DNA of 64,000 nt from an uncultured Bacteroidia bacterium (GTDB lineage Bacteria; Bacteroidota; Bacteroidia; Bacteroidales; UBA932), in the NCBI GenBank assembly GCA_902785065.1, contig CACZXH010000008.1, forward strand, positions 72-64,071, in the 5' to 3' direction. A program made the translations under genes and the position numbers. Under the pieces are notes generated by a model. The model saw nothing but the letters and a program-made list of their open reading frames with translations, was not told where the DNA came from and did no database searches. Of the stretch, positions 8,987-18,099 are shown in pieces. The number at the start of each line of letters is the position of its first letter. Within the stretch, counting starts at the first letter, position 1.

Positions 8987-11900
8987 TTAGAAGGAAACAT
9001 TGACACCAAAGACCAGTTTCTTGGAAATCGGGTAAGAACCGTAGTCGACGCCCAGACCGGAGGCGGAGGAGCCGGCATGGCTGGTCTCCGGATCGAGGCC
9101 CGGATACTTCGTGAACGTGAACCAGTCATCCAGGGAAACATAGGCGCGGAGGGAGCTCATCGCAATCTTCTTGACGATCCTGCGCGGCAGGGTGTAACCC
9201 AGCTGGATCTGCTTGATCTTGAAGAAGGAGGCGTCATAGACACGCAGGTTGGAGCAACGGTAGAACTTGTCGCTGCTGTCCGGCTTCGGATACTTGTAGC
9301 CGGTGGAGGAGGCGTTCTGCCAGGCGTCCTTATAGAAAATCCTGAGCGTATTCTGCTGCAGCGCGTCGGCGCGGGTCACCGCGTAGAGCAGTTCGGCGCC
9401 CTGGGAACCGGCGCCCAGCACCAGCAGGTCGAATCCCTTCCAGCCCATGTTGAGCGTAACACCGTACGTGAAATCAGGAATGCCGCTGCCGGCGAAATCC
9501 CGGTCATTCGGAGTGATGGCGGGGTCGTCGTCGAAGTTCTTGTACACAGCCTCGCCGGTCTTCGGATCAATATGGTCCACCATGAAGGTGCGCAGGTACC
9601 AGAGCGGGTAGCCCTCCTCGAAGTAGGTCACGTCATAGGAGCTCCAGATCTTCTGGCCCGGGACGCGGTCCTTGGAAGTGCCCTTCACGACCTTGTTGTG
9701 GACCGTGGAGAGGTTTCCGCTGATGCCGTAGTTGAAGTCGCCGATGGTGTCTTTCCAGCCCAGCTCGAACTCAGTACCGTGGTTGTTCACGAGACCGGCG
9801 TTGACATAGACCGTCTCAGCGCCCGTGTTGGCCGGAGCCGTCGTGCTGGTGAGCAGGTCGTGCGTATTCTTGTTGTACCAGTCCACGGAGAAGGTGAGCC
9901 GCTCGCTGAACATGCGCAGGTCCATACCCACATCCACCTGGCGGGAAGTCTCCCACTTGATGTTCGGGTTCGGCAGGACCTTGGAAGGACGGACGCCCAC
10001 GATGAACGTGCCGTTCAGGTTGTAACCATAGTTCTTGTTGGTTTCCAGGGAGGAAGCGTACTGATACGCGCCCAGGGCATTGACATTACCGTTCACTCCC
10101 CAGGAAGCGCGCAGCTTGAGGAAAGAGAGGTTCAGCGCCTGCTTGACACCCTGCATGAAGGGCTCGTTGCTGACGGTCCAACCGGCGGAGACGGACGGGA
10201 AGTAACCCCATCTGTGGTTCTTGTCCAGCTTGGAGCTGTCATAGGCGTCGGCGCGGAAGTTGGCCTGGACGAAATACTTGTTCGCATAGGACCAGCCGAG
10301 ACGGCCGAAGTAGGACATGTTGGCCCGGACCTCCGGCTGACCGCCGATCGACATGTTCGCGTTGTTCACGGCGTTGTCGAGGTAGCGGAAATTGGGATCG
10401 TCGCTGGAGAGGACGTAGGCGGTGCCGCGGAGATTGTCCGTGTTGGTCTGCTGGTAGGACATACCCGCCATCGCCGTGAGCTCGTGCTTGCCGAACGCCT
10501 TGGTGTAGTTGGCGAAGTTCTCCCACTGATAGTACAGGCGGTCGTTCGTCGAGCCCGAGATGGACATGGCCTGGTTGGTCTTCGAGCTGATATACACCTC
10601 ATGGTTGTAGGTGTTGGTGTGGCTGTAGCCGCCCTGGAAGCCGAAGCGGGAGGTGATGACCAGTCCCGGAATCGGGGTGAAATTCGCATAGGCGGTACCC
10701 CGCGTACGGAAGCTCTGCGTCTCGGTGTCCGAGCGGTCCAGGATGGCCTGCGGGTGCCACATATAGCTCGTCTCGTTGAACGCGGAAATGCCATAGACAT
10801 GGCCGTTGGGATCGCGGGGGATCCTGTCGTTGATCATGGCCTGGACGCGGGCGGGGATGGCATTGTCGTCATAGATGTACGGAGTGGTAGGATCATGGAC
10901 GAACATGGCGCCCATGACGGACTCGGAAATGGAAGAGCTTTCGGAAACAGCCCGACGCACGCTCCGGTCGATGGTGGCGTTCACGCCGACGGTCAGCCAA
11001 TCCTTGACCTTGTATTCCGCATTGATCTGGCCGACCAGGCGCTTGAAGATATCCTTGTCGCCCTTGACGATACCATTATTATCGGTATAGGACAGGGAGG
11101 TGTAGAACTTGGCCCGGTCGTTGCCGCCTTCCACGCCGACGGTGTGCAAGCATGTAGTCCGTCCATTTGGTGTCGGTCTTGCCGTCGTAGCCGAAACCGT
11201 CCTGGGTCGCGGCGCCGGCGAGGATCATGTAGTCCATGTACTCCTTCGCGTTCATCATCTCGGGCAGGTGCGCGACATTCTGGATGGAGTGCTGGAAATT
11301 GTAGAAGACGCGGCCGGAGCCCTTCTGGCCCGACTTCGTCGTCACGAGCACGACACCGTTACCGGCCTCGACGCCATAGATGGCGGCGGAAGCGGCGTCC
11401 TTCAGGATTTCGATGGAGGCGATGCTCTCCGGATCCAGGTAGCTGATGTCATTGACCTTGAGGCCGTCCACGATCATCAGCGGAGAGGTCCTCGAGTTCG
11501 AGGAATAACCGCGGATCTGGATGGAGGAGGAGGCGCCCGGAGCGCCGGAGGCGTTCACAATCTGGACGCCGGCCGCCTTGCCCTGGAGGGCCTGGGCGAC
11601 ATCGGTCGTGGTGCGGTTCTCGAGGTCGGACTCCTTCACGGAAGCGATGGCGCCCGTGACGTCGCTCTTGCGCTGGACGCCGTAACCGATGACGACGGTC
11701 TCTTCCAGGAATTCCGTGTCTTCCGCCAGGACGACGTCGATGACGGAACGTCCGGCACGTGCGACTGTCTGCGTCGCGTAACCGACACAGGAGTAGATGA
11801 GGGAGGCGTTGGACGGAACACTGATCGAATAGTTTCCACCCAAATCCGTTTGCGTACCAACAGTCTGGTTACTGCTGAGCATGACCGTGGCTCCGATGAC

Positions 11901-12023
11901 AGGCTCGCCACGCGAATCTGTGACTTTTCCCTTGACCGTGACGTTCTGGGCGAAGGTTTCCGCCCCGGAAACGATCAACAGCCCTGCGAGAAAAAGGCAG
12001 CGAATGGTGTTGAAGACTTTCAT
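8987..12023 (-). pseudogene. susC: SusC-like TonB-dependent transporter (PUL1) split by a frameshift at ~11147-11150
   Basis: N-terminal part 11079-12023 has the signal peptide, VVIGYG and KDAASAAIYG..AGNGVVLVTTK plug; the barrel continues in another frame (8987-11149) ending in GVNVSF. Confidence 0.85.
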
Positions 12024-12084
12024 AAAAGTAACGTTATTAGAAGTGTTGATGTTGTTTTTTCTCGGTTAGTCTTGCTCGTTTTTG

Positions 12085-12092
12085 CAAAATTA
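12085..12092 (-). promoter_or_regulatory. Bacteroidota -7 promoter box for susC (PUL1)
   Basis: TAATTTTG on the minus strand ~60 nt upstream of the susC ATG; matches TAnnTTTG. Confidence 0.55.
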
Positions 12093-12131
12093 AGCATCTT
12101 TGCGGTGGGTCTTGTGGACAAAAAAAATGAT

Positions 12132-15065
12132 ATGGTAGACATTTTAAAAAAGCGGGTGGATTTTTTATTGACAATTTTTTTATGCCTGATTCTTCCCCCG
12201 GGAAGGCTCCAGGCCCAAACGGCTGCGGAAGACTACATCGTCATCAACCGGCTCACCCGGCAAAACGGACTTCCGGACCAGGATGTCAACAGAATCTACT
12301 TCGACAGCAAGGGCTACGCCTGGATCAGCACGTTCGGAGGCGGACTTGTCCGGTATGACGGCGATTCCTTCATCAAGTACACGGCGAAGACGGATCCGGC
12401 GTTCGTCAACGACTTCGTCAACCAGTGCAGCGAAGACGGCTTCGGCCGCCTGTGGGTCCCCACGGCTGGAGGGATGAACATCCTGGACCTGAAGTCGCTT
12501 TCCTGGGTGGATTCACTCTCCGGAATGTCCCGGGCGTGGCGGCTTTCCCATTCTCCGGGAGACGTGAACCGGGACGCCAACGGGGGGCTGTGGTTCGTGT
12601 CCGACGACGTCTTGTACCGGGTGTCGTTTGCCGACCAGGGGAACCGGGCCGTGGTCGACTCCCTGCATTGTGACGTCTCGAACGCCAGCCTCATGTCCCG
12701 GATCGACGACGTGGATGACGACGGCTCCGCGTGGATCTCCTTGGGCGGATGCTTCTTCAAGGTCCGGCATATCGCGGACAAAGGGCTGTCCCTGTCGGAA
12801 ATCCTGCCGGGCGTAGACATCGGAGAGGACAACAAGGCAACCGCCTATCTGCGCGCCGCGAACGATGTCTGGATCGGGACCCTGAAAGGCCTGTACCGGG
12901 TCAATGTCACCTCCGGGAAATATGTCTGCTTCCTGCATTCCGAATCGGACCGGCACTCCCTCCCGAACGACGAAATTACCGGCCTCTGCCTGTCTCCGGA
13001 GGGAGAAATCCTGATTGGATCCCTGGGCGGCGTCAGCATTTTCAACGCCGCCGACCAACAATTCGACACCTACAGCTCCCATCCCAATGAATACGGGAAC
13101 ACCCTCCTTCCGGGAGATCTGGTGCGGAGCATCGTGACCCGGGACAGGCAGGTCTGGGTCGGGCTGGAAGCCGAAGGGTTGGCCGTCATTCAGCGGAAAC
13201 CGCTTCCCATCACCAATCTTTCCCACATAGAATGTACCTCCTCCCCCATTCCGTCCACGCCGGTCCGGGTGTTCCTGGACAGCAAGGGCGGCCTGTGGGT
13301 GGCGCCCAAAGGATACGGACTGTGCCGACAGGTCGGGGAGGACTTATTGTTCCGCAACTACAACACGAAAAACTCTGCGCTTGCCGACAACCAGGTCACG
13401 GCCTTCTGCGAGGACGGGCGGGGCCGGATCTGGCTCGGCTCCGAGACCGGACGCCTGAACTATATCGGCCTGTCCGGCCCCGATGTCCCCCACAACCCGG
13501 AGGGATACCTGTCGGAAGCGGCCCGGAGCATCGACGTCGTTTTCGGATTGACGTATGATTCCGTCAACGACTACATCTGGGTTTCCGCCCACAACGGGCT
13601 GTACATCTACGACCTGGACAAATCCTCCTACTCGAGATATCCCGGCGAGACGACCACCTGCTTAGGAACCTGCATCACCTCGGACAAGCTCTGGGTGAGC
13701 ACCATCGAGGGCCTGGACGCCATCGACCTGAAAACCCTGGAATCCCGGCAGGTCGCGAAACTGCCGGTCTGCATGTCCCTGGTCCCGGACGGCAACACCC
13801 TTTGGGCCGGGACATACGGAAATGGCCTGTACCGGGTGGACAACTGCCTGTCCGAGAAGCCGGAGATTACGGTCCTTTCAGAAGAAGACGGGCTGGCAGA
13901 CAGTCAGATCACCGGCCTCCTGCTGGATGGAACCTATCTGTGGATCACGACCGAGAACGGCCTTTCCCGCCTGGACACGCAGGCCGGGGAGATGACCAGC
14001 TACGGCTTGGGCGACGGCCTGAAGTCCATGGCCTTCTGCGAGAACAGCGTCGTGAAAGGAAACAACGGGACCATCTACTTCGGCCAGAAAGAAGGGCTCA
14101 GCATCCTTCGCCCCAGCCTTGTCCGGCCGGAACACGGAAACGAACCCGATGTCGTCATTTCCGGGTACTGGACGAAAGGAGTCTTCCACAACCTTTCGTT
14201 CACGGACGCCATCACCAAGGAGGAGATGGATCTCGATTTCACCTTGAAATTCTCGGACCTGTCCTACTCCCCGGGGACGGACCGCCACTACGAGACCCGG
14301 ATCCTGCCGCTGGACAAGACATGGACGCCCGTCTTTGAAAACGATACCCACATTAAATACGGGCACATCCCCGGCGGGAAATACCAGATCCAAATCCGGG
14401 CCGTGGACAAAAACGGGAATGTCCTGTCCCAGGATGAAAAGACCCTGAATGTCACACCTGTGTTGTACAACCGCTGGTGGTTCCGGCTGCTTGTCCTGCT
14501 ACTCGTCGCCTACCTCGCATACCTGTTCATGCGCAGGTATACTCGCTCCCTCAAGCGGAAGAAAGACCTGCTGCAGCAGGAGGTGGATCGGCAGACGAAA
14601 GAGTTGAAAGAAAAGAAAGATGAACTGGAACGGAAGGCCGAGGAGCTCTCCGAGCAAAACGCTCTCCTTCAAAAGCAGAACGAGATGATTGCCAGTCACA
14701 ACACGCTGTTATCCAGCACCTTGTCCAACAAAGACACCGATTTCTCCGCGAATCTTCTGGAGGCCATCCAGAAAGTGTACAAGGATCCGGACCTCGACGT
14801 CCACACGCTCGCCGAGGCAATGAACACGAATCGCAGCGTCTTGAACGAGAAGATCCAGAACGCGCTCGGAATGACCACCGCGCAGTTCATCCGGACCTAC
14901 CGCCTGAACGTAGCGAAGGAGATGATCTGCAACGGCACGAACAAAGACATGAATATTTCCGAAATCGCCTATGAGGTCGGTTTCAACGACCCGAAGTATT
15001 TCACCCGCTGCTTCACCAAGGAGTTCAATGCCACGCCATCGGACTTGTTCAAGGAGCACAATTGA
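12132..15065 (+). CDS. Membrane-spanning regulator: beta-propeller sensor + Y_Y_Y + TM + coiled coil + AraC HTH, lacking histidine kinase and receiver domains (~977 aa)
   Basis: True start is the in-frame ATG at 12132 (the ORF track starts at 11109, antisense to susC). Reg_prop-like repeats (GLPD..V, D.kG..W), YGHIPGGKYQIQ Y_Y_Y-like segment, TM WWFRLLVLLLVAYLAYLF, then ISEIAYEVGFNDPKYFTRCFTKEF. Confidence 0.85.
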   Translation: MVDILKKRVDFLLTIFLCLILPPGRLQAQTAAEDYIVINRLTRQNGLPDQDVNRIYFDSKGYAWISTFGGGLVRYDGDSFIKYTAKTDPAFVNDFVNQCSEDGFGRLWVPTAGGMNILDLKSLSWVDSLSGMSRAWRLSHSPGDVNRDANGGLWFVSDDVLYRVSFADQGNRAVVDSLHCDVSNASLMSRIDDVDDDGSAWISLGGCFFKVRHIADKGLSLSEILPGVDIGEDNKATAYLRAANDVWIGTLKGLYRVNVTSGKYVCFLHSESDRHSLPNDEITGLCLSPEGEILIGSLGGVSIFNAADQQFDTYSSHPNEYGNTLLPGDLVRSIVTRDRQVWVGLEAEGLAVIQRKPLPITNLSHIECTSSPIPSTPVRVFLDSKGGLWVAPKGYGLCRQVGEDLLFRNYNTKNSALADNQVTAFCEDGRGRIWLGSETGRLNYIGLSGPDVPHNPEGYLSEAARSIDVVFGLTYDSVNDYIWVSAHNGLYIYDLDKSSYSRYPGETTTCLGTCITSDKLWVSTIEGLDAIDLKTLESRQVAKLPVCMSLVPDGNTLWAGTYGNGLYRVDNCLSEKPEITVLSEEDGLADSQITGLLLDGTYLWITTENGLSRLDTQAGEMTSYGLGDGLKSMAFCENSVVKGNNGTIYFGQKEGLSILRPSLVRPEHGNEPDVVISGYWTKGVFHNLSFTDAITKEEMDLDFTLKFSDLSYSPGTDRHYETRILPLDKTWTPVFENDTHIKYGHIPGGKYQIQIRAVDKNGNVLSQDEKTLNVTPVLYNRWWFRLLVLLLVAYLAYLFMRRYTRSLKRKKDLLQQEVDRQTKELKEKKDELERKAEELSEQNALLQKQNEMIASHNTLLSSTLSNKDTDFSANLLEAIQKVYKDPDLDVHTLAEAMNTNRSVLNEKIQNALGMTTAQFIRTYRLNVAKEMICNGTNKDMNISEIAYEVGFNDPKYFTRCFTKEFNATPSDLFKEHN

Positions 15066-15085
15066 GAATCTGTCCGAAAAAAAAC

Positions 15086-15093
15086 TATCTTTG
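15086..15093 (+). promoter_or_regulatory. -7 promoter box for mgtC
   Basis: TATCTTTG 30 nt upstream of the ATG. Confidence 0.55.
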
Positions 15094-15123
15094 TACCTGA
15101 AACGGAATTAAATACGACCCGAT

Positions 15124-15678
15124 ATGTCACCTTTGCTTGATTTGTCCATCCGCGTGCTCGCGGCCGCCTTCGTCGGCGCAATCATCGGCTACGAGCGGGA
15201 AATCCGCGCCAAGGGCGCCGGCATGCGCACGCACGTGCTTGTCGCGCTGGGCTCCGCGCTGTTCATGATCGTTTCGCAGTTCGGCTTCGAAGGCGCCCCC
15301 CGGTTCGATGCGGCCCGTGTCGCGGCCGGCGTGGTGGGCGGCCTCGGTTTCCTCGGCGGCGGCATCATCATGAAGACCAAGAACCACGTGTCCGGCCTCA
15401 CCACGGCCGCCGGCCTGTGGGTGACCGGTTCGCTGGGCCTGGCCCTGGGCTGCGGGATGTACGCGCTGAGCGGCATCTGCACCGTCCTCGTGCTCGTTTG
15501 CCTGGAAGTCCTGAACTCCAGCAGCATCAAGTTCGGAGACAAGGAAATCAACGCCGTGTTCTCCTCGCCGGACCAGGAAGCCATCAAGGAAGCCCTCACC
15601 AGCCTGGGACGCCGCGTCAAGGACTACTCGCTCTCCAAGCAGGAAAACCCCGGCGTGCAGCTGGAAAGTTTCGACTGA
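15124..15678 (+). CDS. mgtC: MgtC/SapB family membrane protein, C-terminal domain apparently shortened
   Basis: IIGYERE, AGMRTH, RVAAGVVGGLGFLGGG, GLTTAAGLW motifs. Confidence 0.85.
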   Translation: MSPLLDLSIRVLAAAFVGAIIGYEREIRAKGAGMRTHVLVALGSALFMIVSQFGFEGAPRFDAARVAAGVVGGLGFLGGGIIMKTKNHVSGLTTAAGLWVTGSLGLALGCGMYALSGICTVLVLVCLEVLNSSSIKFGDKEINAVFSSPDQEAIKEALTSLGRRVKDYSLSKQENPGVQLESFD

Positions 15679-15699
15679 TTACCCTCCCTCACCAGATCT

Positions 15700-18099
15700 T
15701 TATTCGACGGGAATCGATAAGGTGCTGTGCTTCAAATGGCGGCCGCGGACGGCAAGCCGGAGGTTGCCGGGAGTGTCGCCTGCCTGCAAGATGACGGTGA
15801 GCTGACCGCCAAAAGCATGCATACGAGGCCGATGGAAGAGGTCGAGGCTCGTGGGGTCCCCGTTGGCCGCAGCGCGAAAACGCCCGGCGCCACATACTTT
15901 AAAACGAAGAAGAGAAGCGTCCATGGGGCATAGATTGCCTTCTTTGTCCACCACTTTCACCGTCACATAGGCCAAGTCCTTCCCATCTGCCGCCAGATGC
16001 CGCACGGGGGTGGAAAGCGCCAGATGGTGAGGCTTACCGGCCGTTCGCACACAAGCGGAATCCACCGCCTCTCCATGGTCATAAGCCACGACTTTCAACG
16101 TCCCGGCCTCAAATGCCACATCCGGCCACATCAACCTGTAACGGTCCTCCAGACATTCATCCTGAAGCCCCTCCGCAGGCGCTGAGGGGCGGGCCTTGCG
16201 CCGTACCCCGTAAGAGCGGCCGTTGACGAACAGTTCGGCCTCTTCGTGGCTGGAATAGACGAAAACCGGGACCCTGTCCCCGGGAGACCAGTTCCAATGG
16301 GGCAGAATATGAAGCGTGGGTGCCGCCCGGTTCCAGACACTGCGGAAAAGATAATACCGATCCTTGGGAATCGACGCCAGGTCGATGATCCCGAACATGG
16401 AACTATGGTTGGGCCAGGAATCCACATCATAGGGACTCGGTTCGCCCAGATAATCGAAGCCGGTCCAGACGAACTGTCCCAGCGTCCAGGGATAATCTTC
16501 GGCAAGGGCGAAATCCACATCCGGAATATTGGACCAGGAGCAGGCATCCAAATCGTAGGCTGAGCACTGGTGATCGTCATCCTTGACGCTGAACCGCTTC
16601 ACGGCGGGTAGTTTGTACACACCGCGGGAACTCACCGTGGACCCGGTCTCGCTGCCCAGGATAAAACCCTGCGGGAGCGCTTCCATGGCTTCCTTGTACC
16701 GGAAAGTCCGGTAATTGATCCCGGGAATGTCCACAGTGGCCGCAAAACCGTTTTCCAACACACACGAAACCTGGTCCATACCGCAAGTCACCAACCGGGA
16801 AGGATCCTCCCGGTGACAGATTCCCTGCAGGAACGCCGCCACCTTCCACCCCTCCGGATGACACTGGGAAGGGACCTCATTGCCGATGCTCCACAGCACC
16901 ACCGACGGATGGTTGCGGTACTGGTGCAGCATGTTCACCATGTCTCTCTCTGCCCATTCGCCGAAGTGGCGGTGATAGCCGTTGGCGCACTTGGCCACAT
17001 CCCATTCGTCGAAAGGCTCCACCATCATCATCATGCCCATCTCGTCGCACAGACGCACCAGTTCCGGCGCCGGCATATTATGGGCGGTTCGGATGGCGTC
17101 GCAGCCCATGTCCTTGAGCTGCGCCATCTGATGCCGGAGAGCCGATTCGTTCACCGCCGCCCCCAGCGGACCCAGATCGTGATGGTTGCAGACGCCCTGA
17201 AACTTTCTGGGGCGGCCATTCAACAGAAATCCGCGCCCGGGGACGAAAGCGGTCTGGCGGATGCCGAAGACTGTCTCATAGCGGTCCACTTCCCGCCCCC
17301 CGAGAATCACACGGGAGACGGCCTTGTACAGGGACGGCGTCTCCGGCGACCACAGGCTGGGAGAGGGAACGGTAAACTCCTGTATCGTCTCCGCCCCGGA
17401 CACCACGGAGGAAAGAGAGGCCGCCACGGCCCCGCCGGGATCGAGGATTTCTGTTTCCAGCAGCGCGCCGTATCCCTGTTCGATTCGAGTCTCCAACCGC
17501 ACCAGGGCCCTGTCTTCCTGTACATCTGGCGTCGTCACATAGGTTCCCCAGACCGGCACATGGACCTCATCCGTAAGAATCAGATGGACATTCCGGTACA
17601 GTCCCGCGCCTGGATACCAGCGAGAGGACTGGGGAAGATTCTCCAGCCGGACCCGGAGTTCGTTTATGCCCGGGTGCACAAAAGGAGTGATGTCCACATG
17701 GAAAGAGTTGTAACCGTAAGGCCAGTAACAGACTTCTTCTCCGTTCACGGACACGCGCGCCTCGCTCATGGCCCCGTCGAAGACCAACGTCGCCCGTTTT
17801 CCGGCAGGAATGTTCAGTTTGCGCCGATACCAGCCGACGCCCACCCAGGGAAGGCCGCCGGTGCGCCCGGTCTTAAGCGATGCCTTGTTTTCCATGTTCT
17901 GCGTCACGGCCACGTTCTGAAGGTCGTTCTCGCGGTCGAAGGGGCCATAGATGGCCCAGTCGTGCGGGACGGTCACTTTTTTCCAGCGGGCCGTTCCGTC
18001 TCCCTGATGGAATTCCCACCCCGTATCCAGCAGCACTTCGCTCCGTTGAGCAAAGAGGGATACAGGCAGAAGAAGCAGGAGGCAGAGGATCTTTCTCAT
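15700..18099 (-). CDS. GH2 beta-galactosidase-type glycosidase
   Basis: WYPGAGLYRNV, GVCNHHDLGPLGAA, AIRTAHN, WSIGNE acid/base, LGSET nucleophile; signal peptide. Confidence 0.88.
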   Translation of the reverse strand: MRKILCLLLLLPVSLFAQRSEVLLDTGWEFHQGDGTARWKKVTVPHDWAIYGPFDRENDLQNVAVTQNMENKASLKTGRTGGLPWVGVGWYRRKLNIPAGKRATLVFDGAMSEARVSVNGEEVCYWPYGYNSFHVDITPFVHPGINELRVRLENLPQSSRWYPGAGLYRNVHLILTDEVHVPVWGTYVTTPDVQEDRALVRLETRIEQGYGALLETEILDPGGAVAASLSSVVSGAETIQEFTVPSPSLWSPETPSLYKAVSRVILGGREVDRYETVFGIRQTAFVPGRGFLLNGRPRKFQGVCNHHDLGPLGAAVNESALRHQMAQLKDMGCDAIRTAHNMPAPELVRLCDEMGMMMMVEPFDEWDVAKCANGYHRHFGEWAERDMVNMLHQYRNHPSVVLWSIGNEVPSQCHPEGWKVAAFLQGICHREDPSRLVTCGMDQVSCVLENGFAATVDIPGINYRTFRYKEAMEALPQGFILGSETGSTVSSRGVYKLPAVKRFSVKDDDHQCSAYDLDACSWSNIPDVDFALAEDYPWTLGQFVWTGFDYLGEPSPYDVDSWPNHSSMFGIIDLASIPKDRYYLFRSVWNRAAPTLHILPHWNWSPGDRVPVFVYSSHEEAELFVNGRSYGVRRKARPSAPAEGLQDECLEDRYRLMWPDVAFEAGTLKVVAYDHGEAVDSACVRTAGKPHHLALSTPVRHLAADGKDLAYVTVKVVDKEGNLCPMDASLLRFKVCGAGRFRAAANGDPTSLDLFHRPRMHAFGGQLTVILQAGDTPGNLRLAVRGRHLKHSTLSIPVE

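Noticed and set aside
11140-11160. Programmed frameshift or phase variation in susC
   Set aside because: There is no slippery heptamer, homopolymer, short tandem repeat or invertible repeat at the junction, and residues appear to be missing.
7844-11446. 1200 aa plus-strand ORF (and similar long ORFs at 38554-41340, 26526-28325, 20478-22064, 59655-60977)
   Set aside because: These are antisense shadows of well-supported genes. High GC3 codon bias suppresses stops on the opposite strand, and the translations have no motifs.
11109-12131. N-terminal 341 aa of the 1318 aa ORF in the track
   Set aside because: It is antisense to susC. The real protein starts at ATG 12132 with a signal/TM segment after the intergenic promoter region.
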